DNA from: Oligoflexales bacterium
GTDB taxonomy: Bacteria > Bdellovibrionota_B > Oligoflexia > Oligoflexales > JAPPIL01
Direction of reading: 5' to 3'
Length of the DNA: 64,000 nucleotides
NCBI GenBank assembly: GCA_965215515.1
Contig: OZ244057.1
Coordinates: forward strand, 1 to 64,000
The notes beneath the pieces were generated by a model that saw only the letters and a program-made list of their open reading frames with translations, made no database searches and was not told the origin of the DNA. The position numbers were made by a program, and so were the translations under genes. Positions 1-9,120 of this stretch are shown one piece after another (position 1 is the first letter of the stretch; every line of letters begins with the position of its first letter).

Positions 1-306
1 GCAGACGGGACAGTCGAGGGGATGGTTGATGAGGTGAAATTCCAGTGCCCACTTGTGCGCTTCCTTGACTTGTTCGCTATCGGTACGCACCTGCATACCT
101 TCGGCGGCGGGTAGGTTGCAGGCTATCTCTAGTTTTGCTCGTCCCTCTACTTCGACCAAGCAGAAACGGCACACGCCTGCGATCGACAAGCCTGGATGCC
201 AGCAGAAGTGGGGGATATAGATATCGTGTTGTTGTGCTAGTTCCATCACTGTCTGTTCTGGTGCGGCGGTGTACTCTTTGTCGTTGATTGTCAGTGTGAC
301 CCGCAT
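1..306 (-). CDS. nuoG: NADH-quinone oxidoreductase subunit G, N-terminal part (runs off the window)
   Basis: Manual translation from ATG at 306 gives MRVTLTINDKEY...IPHFCWHPGLSIAGVCRFCLVEVEG...ACN...LINHPLDCPVC, the 2Fe-2S and HxxxCxxC motifs of NuoG. The start overlaps the nuoF stop (TGATG). Confidence 0.95.
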   Translation of the reverse strand, partial: MRVTLTINDKEYTAAPEQTVMELAQQHDIYIPHFCWHPGLSIAGVCRFCLVEVEGRAKLEIACNLPAAEGMQVRTDSEQVKEAHKWALEFHLINHPLDCPVC

Positions 307-1577
307 CAGCCTGCCTTTGCTTGCAGGTAGTGTTTGAATTCGTCCTGATATTTTTGCACCATCGCCATTGTCGGCATCGCTGCCGCGTCGGATAAGGCAC
401 AGATTGTGCGTCCCATCATGTTTTGCGAGATGTGGTGCATTAACGCTAGGTCGCTGTCTTTGCCTTTGCCAGCCAGGTAGGCGTGCATGATGTTGGCCAG
501 CCAGCCTGTGCCTTCGCGACAGGGGGTGCATTGCCCGCAGCTTTCGTGATGAAAAAAGTCCACCACCACTTTTAGCAATTCTACCATCGACTGTTCGGTA
601 TCGATAATCATAATCGCCCCTGAACCGAGCATACTTCCCTTCGCCGCCAAATCCTCGTAGTCGAGTGTTGTGTCTTGTATCTCTGCGGGGGTAAGAATCG
701 GTGCGGAAGCTCCACCAGGGATGCAGCCTTTGAGTTTGCGTCCCGCCGCCATGCCACCTGCATTTTCCTCTAGCAGCTTCATCAGCGGGTAGCCGAGGGG
801 TAGTTCGTAAACTCCAGGTTTTTGGACATGTCCTGAAATACAGAATAGTTTCGTGCCTGCGCTCTTCTCCGTCCCGATTTTTTTATATGCTTCTGCTCCG
901 TGGGTAATAATCCAGGGCACGGCGGCCAGTGTCTCGGTGTTGTTAACGATGGTTGGGCAACCGAGATAACCAGACACGGCGGGGAACGGTGGTTTTAGCT
1001 TAGGTTGTCCTTTTTTGCCTTCCAGGGAAGACAGCAGTCCTGTTTCTTCGCCACAGATGTAAGCCCCTGCACCTTCGTAGTGGTCGAGGTCGAAGGTAAA
1101 GCCACTGCCGAGAATGTTTTTGCCGAGATAGCCTGCGGCGTAGGCTTCGTCGCAGGCGGTGCGTAGCCAGTCTATTTCGACAAAAAATTCGTAGCGGGTG
1201 TAGATGTAGCCCTTGTGTGCGTCAAATGCTCGTGCGGCGATGACCATACCTTCGATCAACAGGTGCGGGCTGAGTTCGCAGATGTAGCGATCCTTGAAGG
1301 TGCCAGGCTCGCCTTCGTCGTTGTTGCAGACGAGGTACTTGGGTTTATTGTTATCTTGTGGCACGAAGCTCCATTTCAGGCCTGTGGGAAACCCTGCGCC
1401 GCCGCGTCCGCGCAGGCCTGAGGCTTTGACGGCCGCGGTAATTTCTGCGGGTGGCATAGCCAGTGCCTTGCGCAGCGCTTGGTAACCGCCGTGTTGTTCG
1501 TAACACGCGAGTGTACGGCTGTCGGGGATACCTTCGAAAGCGGTGAGAATTTTGACGATGGTCAGGCTGTCAGGCAT
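306..1577 (-). CDS. nuoF: NADH-quinone oxidoreductase subunit F
   Basis: Motifs GLRGRGGAGFPTG, DEGEPGTFKDR, GAGAYICGEETGL and ESCGQCTPCREG. Start placed at MPDSL (1577), overlapping the nuoE stop. Confidence 0.97.
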   Translation of the reverse strand: MPDSLTIVKILTAFEGIPDSRTLACYEQHGGYQALRKALAMPPAEITAAVKASGLRGRGGAGFPTGLKWSFVPQDNNKPKYLVCNNDEGEPGTFKDRYICELSPHLLIEGMVIAARAFDAHKGYIYTRYEFFVEIDWLRTACDEAYAAGYLGKNILGSGFTFDLDHYEGAGAYICGEETGLLSSLEGKKGQPKLKPPFPAVSGYLGCPTIVNNTETLAAVPWIITHGAEAYKKIGTEKSAGTKLFCISGHVQKPGVYELPLGYPLMKLLEENAGGMAAGRKLKGCIPGGASAPILTPAEIQDTTLDYEDLAAKGSMLGSGAIMIIDTEQSMVELLKVVVDFFHHESCGQCTPCREGTGWLANIMHAYLAGKGKDSDLALMHHISQNMMGRTICALSDAAAMPTMAMVQKYQDEFKHYLQAKAG

Positions 1578-2052
1578 CTGTTGTTTCCTGCAGATAGCCG
1601 TCGATGATGGTGTCGATGTTTGCGCGGTTGACGTGCAGATGTCGCTTGTCGTTGACCAGCATGGCGGGGGCACCGTCACAGACACCGAGACAGGGCACGG
1701 CTGCAACGCTCAGCATCCCTGCGGCGCTGCGTGCTGCTTTTGCCTTGAGGGCGGCGATGAGTTGTTGCGAAGCGAACATTCGGCAGACGATATTATCACA
1801 GAACTGCACGTGGTAGCGGGCGGGTGGTTGCTGGCGATAGCGGGAGTAGAAGGTAATCACTTCTTGCACTTGTACTCGTGGGAGGTCGAACTCGTCCTCC
1901 AGTGTCTGCACCTGTGCGGGGGAGATGTACCCTTGGGCGGTATGGATGTCGTTCAAAATCGGCAAGACGGCTGAACGCCGTGTCTCGAAACGGTCGAGGT
2001 GCTCTCTGATCTTGGCTTGTAGTGCTGGGTCGAAAGTAGATGATGAAGCCAT
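1570..2052 (-). CDS. nuoE: NADH-quinone oxidoreductase subunit E
   Basis: VITFYSRY, FCDNIVC and CLGVCDGAPAMLVN 2Fe-2S motifs. The real start is likely MASSSTF at 2052. Confidence 0.93.
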   Translation of the reverse strand: MASSSTFDPALQAKIREHLDRFETRRSAVLPILNDIHTAQGYISPAQVQTLEDEFDLPRVQVQEVITFYSRYRQQPPARYHVQFCDNIVCRMFASQQLIAALKAKAARSAAGMLSVAAVPCLGVCDGAPAMLVNDKRHLHVNRANIDTIIDGYLQETTDA

Positions 2053-2161
2053 GCGTGGTCGATCTCGCCGCGGAGTCGCTGATCCCCTATTGTGCTCTTT
2101 TTCCCCTCGAACTGCAAGCGGCTTTTTCGTCCTGTCTGCCATGCGGGCAGTCCTGCCGCGG

Positions 2162-2680
2162 TTAGCGGTCGGTGTCGAACAGGTATAGGTATTTCCCGTA
2201 ACCTGCGCGCTGCATATCGTCTTTGGGCACGAAGCGTAGGGCGGCGGAATTGATACAGTAGCGCAGAGCGGTGGGTAGCGGGCCGTCTTTGAAGACGTGG
2301 CCGAGGTGTGAGTCGGCGTAGCGCGATCTGATTTCGGTACGCATCCCGAAGAAGATGGAAAAATCTTTGCGTGTGACGATGAATTCGTCCGCCACGGGTG
2401 CGGTGAACGATGGCCATCCCGTGCCAGAATCATATTTGGCGGTGGAACTAAACAGCGGCTCGCCCGACACGACATCGACATACAGCCCTTCTTCTTTGTG
2501 TCGCCAGAATTCATTGTGGAATGGCCGCTCGGTGCCGTCTCTTTGGGTAACGCGGTACTGCTCCGCGGTCAGCTGTTGTCGTAGCTGACCTGCCGACGGC
2601 TTGTTGTAGGAGGAAAAGTCGCGTGCTTGGACAGCCATCCCTCCACCGAGCAGTGTACTGGCGATAAACGTTACCCTCAC
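2162..2680 (-). CDS. msrB: Peptide methionine sulfoxide reductase MsrB, possibly with a signal peptide
   Basis: Motifs [35 protein letters not shown] and RYCINSAAL. Confidence 0.95.
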   Translation of the reverse strand: MRVTFIASTLLGGGMAVQARDFSSYNKPSAGQLRQQLTAEQYRVTQRDGTERPFHNEFWRHKEEGLYVDVVSGEPLFSSTAKYDSGTGWPSFTAPVADEFIVTRKDFSIFFGMRTEIRSRYADSHLGHVFKDGPLPTALRYCINSAALRFVPKDDMQRAGYGKYLYLFDTDR

Positions 2681-2782
2681 GAATCCTCCCCGCCTGCCTC
2701 TTCGGACGCGTGTGCATGTAACTTTAGCTTACGTGGTGCACAGCCCTTGCCAAACGGCCGCCGATGGTTTACCAGGTGGTGG

Positions 2783-2859
2783 GGGCGCATAGCTCAGCTG
2801 GTTAGAGCACCAGCCTTACAAGCTGGGGGTCTCAGGTTCGACTCCTGATGCGCCCACCA
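2783..2859 (+). tRNA. tRNA-Val (anticodon TAC)
   Basis: Acceptor stem GGGCGCA/TGCGCCC with encoded CCA, D-arm AGCTCAGCTGGTTAGAGC, anticodon arm CCAGC-CTTACAA-GCTGG and T-loop GGTTCGACTCC. Confidence 0.97.
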
Positions 2860-4246
2860 AATCTACCGAGGGACATATTATGTCCACACCCCTGTAAAGG
2901 GATGTGGACATTTCGTTGAAGATGAACTCCAACTGCAATCTGGCATTATCTAATGGGTGAACGATGATTTTGTGAAACAGTCGCCTATAAGCAGACTGAA
3001 GCGCGGCTAAATCCTTCTTGCCTATACAGCTAAGTGCTTGGTTGACATACTCTAGCCAACTGCTCTTGCTGGTATTCTTTGCTTCAGCCAGTTGCTTTTG
3101 CAGAAGCTGAAGCTGTTTCTTCTTGCTGATAAGCTCCCTCTCCTCGCCTTTCATGGCAGAAACCCGCTCCTTATACTCTTCTCTGAAAGAGCGTGCCATT
3201 TCCAGATCGTCATCTTCGAGTAGAAAGTTCAAACGGCGGTCTAGGCGTTGCCTCTCGTCCTCCAACTCGCCTATCCTCGTGTCGATCTCGGTAACTTTTC
3301 CCTTCACCAAGTCTATCGTGCTATCCTTGCGTGCCGAATAGTCGGCAATGCTTCTCTGAAACTCTGGGGCGTTCTCCGCCACTTGTCGCAGTATCTTCTC
3401 GGCTTCAGTGTCGAACACCTTTGCCTTCACCCTGATCTTGTTGGCCTTGTTGTGGTAGTAAGTCGATTTTTGCGCCCTGCCCCACGCACTACTGCCCGTA
3501 AACCTAGAGCCATCGTTGAAAACCAACAGACCAGTAAGGGGATAGCAGTGCTTGACACCCCGTGCCCTTGATTCATCCAGCTCCTTGATCTTGTCCTGCA
3601 CTCTCTTCCACAAACCCTCATCTATGACACAGCCATGGTTTAATTTGACCTCAGTATAACGCTCATAGGGCATGAGCTTGTTCTGTCTCTTGCCAGCGTT
3701 GTGCTTGTTGCCCGTATATTCGCCGTGTTCGTTTCTAACTGCATCAAACCCCAACAGTGGGTAGTGACCGTTGAACTTACCTGAAATCAACAAAGCAGAG
3801 TGATTACTTTCCTTGATGCGCTTTGAAGTCGTCCGTGACTCGAATTCTGCATAGGCTGCCAGCTGATCTAGCTGCAAGATGTGAAGCGGGATCGTTGGGG
3901 TTGAACGGTAGCCCCTGTAGATGCCCCCGTAATCCCTGGCTCGATGTAGAACTCTGTGATCCTATAGTTCACCTTCTCCTGCTCCGAGCGATACTGCGCC
4001 TCAGAGATGGCGATGTGAATCTGCTGCTCCAGCGATCCCCGTTCAACTGCTACCTGTGTATCATCTGACAGGCGCAAATACACTGCCCCTTCAATGGTTG
4101 GCCACTCCTTATTAAATGGCTGCCAGTTCCTGATGTGTTTTTCAGCAAGGCCGCGCAGCGCGGCTACTTGCCGCTTTCTAGCTCCACGCCACAACCTTCA
4201 GCACCAGTGCCTTTATTTCTTTGTGATTAAGTCTTTTCCTATACAT
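2816..4246 (-). pseudogene. Large serine recombinase copy 1, disrupted
   Basis: Catalytic-serine motif AVYLRLSDDTQ...SLEQQ, then EPGITG, AEFESRTTSKRI, a recombinase domain and a coiled coil. Split into ORFs 3868-4194 and 2816-3877 with internal deletions relative to copy 2. Probable original start MYRKRLNHKEIKAL at 4246. The 3' end reads through the tRNA on the antisense strand. Confidence 0.88.
2880..2911. terminator. Hairpin just downstream of tRNA-Val (terminator or att-arm candidate)
   Basis: ATGTCCACA-C-CCCT-GTAA-AGGG-A-TGTGGACAT. An equivalent hairpin with different sequence sits at 27691-27716. Confidence 0.55.
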
Positions 4247-5111
4247 GGTTCACCTGCTGATTATTGTAAGCATGGGCAATAATCCGTGCCACAGAAGCCA
4301 AGTCTACCTTAGATGGATCACCTGTTACTCTGCTTTCAATCACGAAATTATCACCGTCTATCACTACCTGTTTTCTCGCTCGATTTTTCCGTCGCTTGCG
4401 GCAAGATGCGCGGTTGCGGCAACTCTTGCAAGTACTATTGCGCCCATTCAGACCACCCGCTTTCTTGCCGAAAAAAACCCAAATTTTGAACTTGTCGCAT
4501 TTCTTGCAAAATCTCCCCAGATTTTCATCTGCTATCGCTCGCTCCTTCTAATTTTACAGCGCATGGCATGTGAAAACTCAAGACCATTGCTTCCTCGCCC
4601 GTCCCTTACCGAGATACGCCTTGATGGACGTGTCGATGTCCTCGATCGGGGCGGTGTTGATTAGCTTGCGCAGGTAGCCGCGCTTGTTGAAAAACTGCGC
4701 CGCGATGCTGTCATATTCCTGCGTCGCGTAATTCTGAAAAAAGATCGCCACGATCTGGTTCACAAGCTTCGAGCTATCCACCTTGCAGTAATCACCGCGT
4801 AACTTCGCCGCCAGATCAGCGATAAGACTTGCCTGTTCCTTCTCGCTGCGCCCGAATGGCTTTTTGTATCGCTCGCTTTCTCGCTTCGCTCAGCTGCGCT
4901 AACCGTTTATAACGCCTGCTAGCTCGCCGCTTGTGCGCGTGATACCAGGCTCAATCAAGAAATCAAGCAATGATCTTATACATTTACAAAAAATATGTAG
5001 CAAAATCACAATAAAAACTAAAGCAAAAAAAAACGGTCGATGTCTTAAGTAAAAGCACTGTGGGTAGTTATCCACGGACGAGATTTTTACAGTTTTTTTG
5101 GGAGGTGGGTC

Positions 5112-5993
5112 GTGAAGGTATTGACTGCTTTGATTGCCGCGGGATTGTCTTTGTTAGCTTGTCAGGCTGAACACCGTGAGGAAGCCGCCACCGTGAAAGG
5201 CGTGGATGAATCAAACAACTCAAACAACGATGTTGAGCTACAAAGTTGTTCTTATAATGAAGGGTCGAGACGTAGTCTTAGTGGCCTCGTAGATGCAGAG
5301 GTTCGGTTGAAACAGAAAGAAGCCCGTGACAAAGATTACCAGATGAATGCTCACATAAATGATTTGAAAGATGATGGTCTTGTAACAGTAGGATATGCTG
5401 ATATGCTTATACCTGTAAAAGAAAAGCTGTTGAATGATAATAAGTTGTTGGCACGCTGGAAAGCAGGTGTTCTGCTAGTAGAAGCACTTCGCGAGGAGAG
5501 AGAACGAGCGTGGGGTTATTGGGAAGCTGTACAATGGTGTTATGATGAGCTCATTGAGCAAGTAAAAGGCAAGACGGCAACTGAATTTTTTACTAATGAT
5601 AAAACAGTTCAAGAAGCTGCCGACGTAGTTATCAAGCCTTTTACGGCAGCTGAAGTTTTTACTAATGATAAAACAGTTCAAGAAGCTGCCGACGCATTTA
5701 TCAAGCCTTTTAACAAAATGATGGAAGAGAGTAAGGGGGTAATTAATGCTCTTATTAGAGCCCGTGAAAGAGATAGAGATGATAATCTTATTCCTCATGG
5801 TAATAAAATGCCGAGGCTCACCCTTGAACTTTTAGACCAATACCCCAATTTCTATATAAATGTACTCAGAGCACCTGCTGAAATAGCGCCTCTGGAGGGC
5901 CGAATCGATGGTGCAAACAAGTTCAGCAGCTGGGTTGGCCCTTGTCAGATCTACGACTTGCTAGTAGCGAATGAAGAAGCGGCAGATCAGTAG
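5112..5993 (+). CDS. Hypothetical lipoprotein with an internal 23-aa tandem duplication
   Basis: Lipobox LSLLAC, GGAGG RBS upstream of a GTG start, and duplicated (E)xFTNDKTVQEAADxxIKPF. Confidence 0.75.
   Translation: MKVLTALIAAGLSLLACQAEHREEAATVKGVDESNNSNNDVELQSCSYNEGSRRSLSGLVDAEVRLKQKEARDKDYQMNAHINDLKDDGLVTVGYADMLIPVKEKLLNDNKLLARWKAGVLLVEALREERERAWGYWEAVQWCYDELIEQVKGKTATEFFTNDKTVQEAADVVIKPFTAAEVFTNDKTVQEAADAFIKPFNKMMEESKGVINALIRARERDRDDNLIPHGNKMPRLTLELLDQYPNFYINVLRAPAEIAPLEGRIDGANKFSSWVGPCQIYDLLVANEEAADQ
5574..5712 (+). repeat. 69-bp in-frame tandem duplication
   Basis: ctgaattttttactaatgataaaacagttcaagaagctgccgacg at 5581 recurs with few mismatches at 5650. Confidence 0.9.
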
Positions 5994-7038
5994 ACACGGC
6001 TGCTTCTTGTCGACTTTAAAATCGTAGTTAGTGTCCTAATGTCTCTCGCTGGCTCAATCAACTTATGCCCGCTTTTTTCCAAAATTTCATAGCGTCGGTG
6101 CATTTCAGCAACTAGAGCCTCAAGAATGTTCGTTGCATCTATCTCGTCTGCTGCTATCCTGACATTGGGCAGCGTGGCGAACTCCCTGACCTCCATTCGC
6201 TACGCTCATGGAGCTTGTCCGCCGCTTGCTCGCTCCTTCGCTTCAAATCCAAGAGATAGAGCTGAATATGTGGCGAGCTTTTCAGCAGTGACAGCATAGG
6301 AGCTAGAAAGCGGCAAAACAGCTTCCACAAGCAAAGCGAGTGGAAGCGGAAGAACACCGACTTGCCACCGCCACCCGTAGCTCCAGAGATAAGTAAATGC
6401 GGCAGCGATTGAATTTTCTGCACGATTGCACCATTCATACTTTGCCCAATAATGAAAGAATAAGATTCTTTCACATGGTCATAGAGTTCGTGAAAGCCGA
6501 CCATGCTAGGCAGATCACGCTCACACAGCACGATCTCGACCTTGCCCATATCTTTGCCATGTACGATGTCTTCAACCTTTTGGCGAAAGCCTGCGGTTAA
6601 ACTATCCTTCTGTGCTTGAAACTTATTGAGACCAACACCAACGGTATCGACGATCACCTTGAGGCGGTGTTCACCTATGGGAATGATCGCTTTTACTTTT
6701 GGCTTCTCACCTGTGGCGGTTTTCAAGCCAGCCCGTTCAATGGCCTTTTGAAACAAGATATATCTTCTGAAATCCTTGCTCCCGCAAAGGAACACGGCGA
6801 GCAGCACAAACAAGCCTACCATGGGAAAATAAAGGTCTACTGCTTGCTCATAGCTCAGTATTCCAAACAGCACTGTCATGAGAATGCCATTGATCAGCAG
6901 AAAGCATCCCCATGTGTTTAAGTCCTTGAAGTCAATTCGCCGCAAGCCAAACCAACAAACTCTTGCTATATTGAAGAGACAATACAGCAGCATAAGAACA
7001 AAATTTTCCAGCACCTGATTATCTTTTGCTTTACTCAT
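5987..7038 (-). pseudogene. FtsK/SpoIIIE-type (TcpA-like) coupling ATPase, frameshifted and truncated
   Basis: N-terminal TM helices, PHLLISGATGGGGKS Walker A, LYLLDLKR, then in another frame EVREF...LVAEMHRRY. Walker B and the C-terminus are missing. Confidence 0.82.
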
Positions 7039-7973
7039 TGCTCACCTCGATAGGTTGCTAAAAGGTTGATAATCATCTCCCGCCCCGCGGGAATAGTGAT
7101 GTATTCCTGCACGTTGCCAAGCTCAGCCGCTTGCCGCTGTGCTTCTGCCTCACTTGCTTTGGCGATGCCTTGATAGAGTGCGTTTTTGGCTGTTGCTTTA
7201 GGGATAACAGCTCCTTCTGCACTGAGTACTTGTTTCTCCGTGAGAGTGTCGGTGAATGCTGATACCATTGTCAGCCCTAGTGTTGAGGCCACCCGTGTTG
7301 CCGTGCCACTGTGCAATTTACCCTCAATCCCAGGGCTATAGTCCTTTGCGCTCAATGCCTGTGCCTTCAACTCAACCTCTCTGCCATCAGGCAATAACGC
7401 TTTTGAAAACTGCATGAAAACCTTCCTTCCTTTGTTGGGATAATTGATCGTGCCAAACAAAATAGAATTCTTCGGGATGCCCTCGCCATGCTTGCCTTTA
7501 CCACCATAGGGGAGCAGTACCTTATAGAGCTGCTCACTCTCTCTGGTATCAACAGCAGTTAACAACTTGCCGATGAGATTTGCACCAATCGGCAGCTTGC
7601 TGGTGAAGCTGTCTGCTCCTTTCCTTTCGATTACCTGCGGAGCTTTGTATTGTATCTTCATAGTGCGTTTAGGCATGGGCTTTGCCTGCCGCGGCTTAGA
7701 TGCAAGCACTCTTTGTTCTGAAGCTTTAAGCATGCCACTTACCTTTTGCGATACGAGCAAAGATACTTGTGCCGTTTCAAAATTACCCGTCTCGATCGGT
7801 TCAGTGGCATTGACAACCACGCTGCTATCACCGCTAGCTTCGGAAAAGATAATTGTAAAAACTCCAATTCCTACTGCTGCAACAACCACGCCCCAAAATC
7901 TTTTCTTGTCGATAACCTCTTTGCCACCATCTTTTTTGAGAAAAAATGCCCGTAGCCTTGTAATAAACTTCAT
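7035..7973 (-). CDS. VirB10/TrbI-like T4SS core protein
   Basis: N-terminal TM helix, LPIGANLIGKL, IPKNSILFG, FSKALLPDG and YITIPAGREMII; position within a T4SS operon. Confidence 0.75.
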   Translation of the reverse strand: MKFITRLRAFFLKKDGGKEVIDKKRFWGVVVAAVGIGVFTIIFSEASGDSSVVVNATEPIETGNFETAQVSLLVSQKVSGMLKASEQRVLASKPRQAKPMPKRTMKIQYKAPQVIERKGADSFTSKLPIGANLIGKLLTAVDTRESEQLYKVLLPYGGKGKHGEGIPKNSILFGTINYPNKGRKVFMQFSKALLPDGREVELKAQALSAKDYSPGIEGKLHSGTATRVASTLGLTMVSAFTDTLTEKQVLSAEGAVIPKATAKNALYQGIAKASEAEAQRQAAELGNVQEYITIPAGREMIINLLATYRGEQ

Positions 7974-8356
7974 TTCCGCCCCTTCTTTGCAGTTACCTTA
8001 GGCCATTGATAGTTTGACTTCCACTTCACAAACACCAAATCATCAGAGCGGCAACTTTGGCACACTCTCAAGATAAAGCCATAGATGCGATAAGGTGTGT
8101 AGACAAAGAGATTGGTTTCGACCTTACCAAGCGGTTGAATGGTTAGGTCGTTGTCGATAAACTCAACCGAGTAGTAGTTTTGATTGCCAATCACTACCTT
8201 CTTGGGCTTGGCTGTAAAACGCAGCACCGTTGCTCTGCCCATCTTCAAATAAATGAGCTGCATCTTGCTATTGTTGACCTGCACAGTTCTTATGCCACTT
8301 GCCAGCACCACAGACGAACAACACAGCCAAAAACAAACCAAAAAGAGTTTCTTCAT
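7970..8356 (-). CDS. VirB9/TrbG-like periplasmic T4SS protein
   Basis: Signal peptide and ATVLRF...KVVIGN...LTIQPL...TNLFVYT; located between the VirB8-like and VirB10-like genes. Confidence 0.65.
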   Translation of the reverse strand: MKKLFLVCFWLCCSSVVLASGIRTVQVNNSKMQLIYLKMGRATVLRFTAKPKKVVIGNQNYYSVEFIDNDLTIQPLGKVETNLFVYTPYRIYGFILRVCQSCRSDDLVFVKWKSNYQWPKVTAKKGRK

Positions 8357-8937
8357 TATTTCGCCTGATGCTCGATAACACCGTTAACCAACAAGCCTAT
8401 CGGATTCCAGATGTTAGGTGTGCCTCTGATAATATGCAGCGATAGCGTTGTAGGCACGGGAATAGGCACATCCGCAAGTCTCAACAACTTGTCAAAGCTA
8501 ACTACGACTTTTTCTTTTGTGACACTGACTTTGATGTTAACGATTGCTTGTGAAGTTTTCTTACCCTGAAATTCTTTGTTTTTGAGATGCGTAAGTAATT
8601 TGAATAATTTCTTTTGTAGTCTGTCAGTCACAATAGGAGACAGGCTCTTTTGCTTCGCTTGTGGATCGAGCTTGTCCCACTCATAGCGAATGTGCAGAAA
8701 CTTTCTAACAAACTCTTCAACCGCAGCTTCAGAGATAGGTAAGCTTGCCCTCTGTCCTGCCAGATACTGTTGCTGGTCACCTTCCTTGATAACTACGATG
8801 GGATCAGCTACATACATCCAACCGATGACAAACACCTGTAGTACACACACCATCACCAGACCTAGATTGATCAGTTTGTGAGTGCGTAGCAGCGAATTGA
8901 TGTCCGTCCATGCTCGCAGTGTTCTAGATTTTTTCAT
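8356..8937 (-). CDS. VirB8/TraE-like T4SS protein
   Basis: Single N-terminal TM helix and C-terminal NPIGLLV motif (compare VirB8 NPxGxxV). Confidence 0.7.
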   Translation of the reverse strand: MKKSRTLRAWTDINSLLRTHKLINLGLVMVCVLQVFVIGWMYVADPIVVIKEGDQQQYLAGQRASLPISEAAVEEFVRKFLHIRYEWDKLDPQAKQKSLSPIVTDRLQKKLFKLLTHLKNKEFQGKKTSQAIVNIKVSVTKEKVVVSFDKLLRLADVPIPVPTTLSLHIIRGTPNIWNPIGLLVNGVIEHQAK

Positions 8938-8982
8938 AACGATAGTTCCTCCAAAAAGTTAAATTACAAACGTTTAGTAAGT

Positions 8983-9087
8983 CAGGGGTTTCACCCCGAC
9001 ACCCCACCAACTTTTTATAAAAAGTTGGATCAAAAATTTTTAATAAATTAAGGGGGTCTGCCCCCTTAAAATCCCCCCTTTGAAGGA
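8983..9087. other. Cluster of intergenic inverted repeats inside the T4SS operon
   Basis: GGGGTTTCACCCC, a perfect palindrome CCAACTTTTTATAAAAAGTTGG, and AAGGGGGTCTGCCCCCTT. Confidence 0.7.
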
Positions 9088-9120
9088 GAAAGAGAAAGTC
9101 AAAAATTTTTAATTTATCGT

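Noticed and set aside
2053..2514. N-terminal extension of the 314-aa nuoE ORF
   Set aside because: It overlaps msrB in another frame; NuoE homology starts at 2052.
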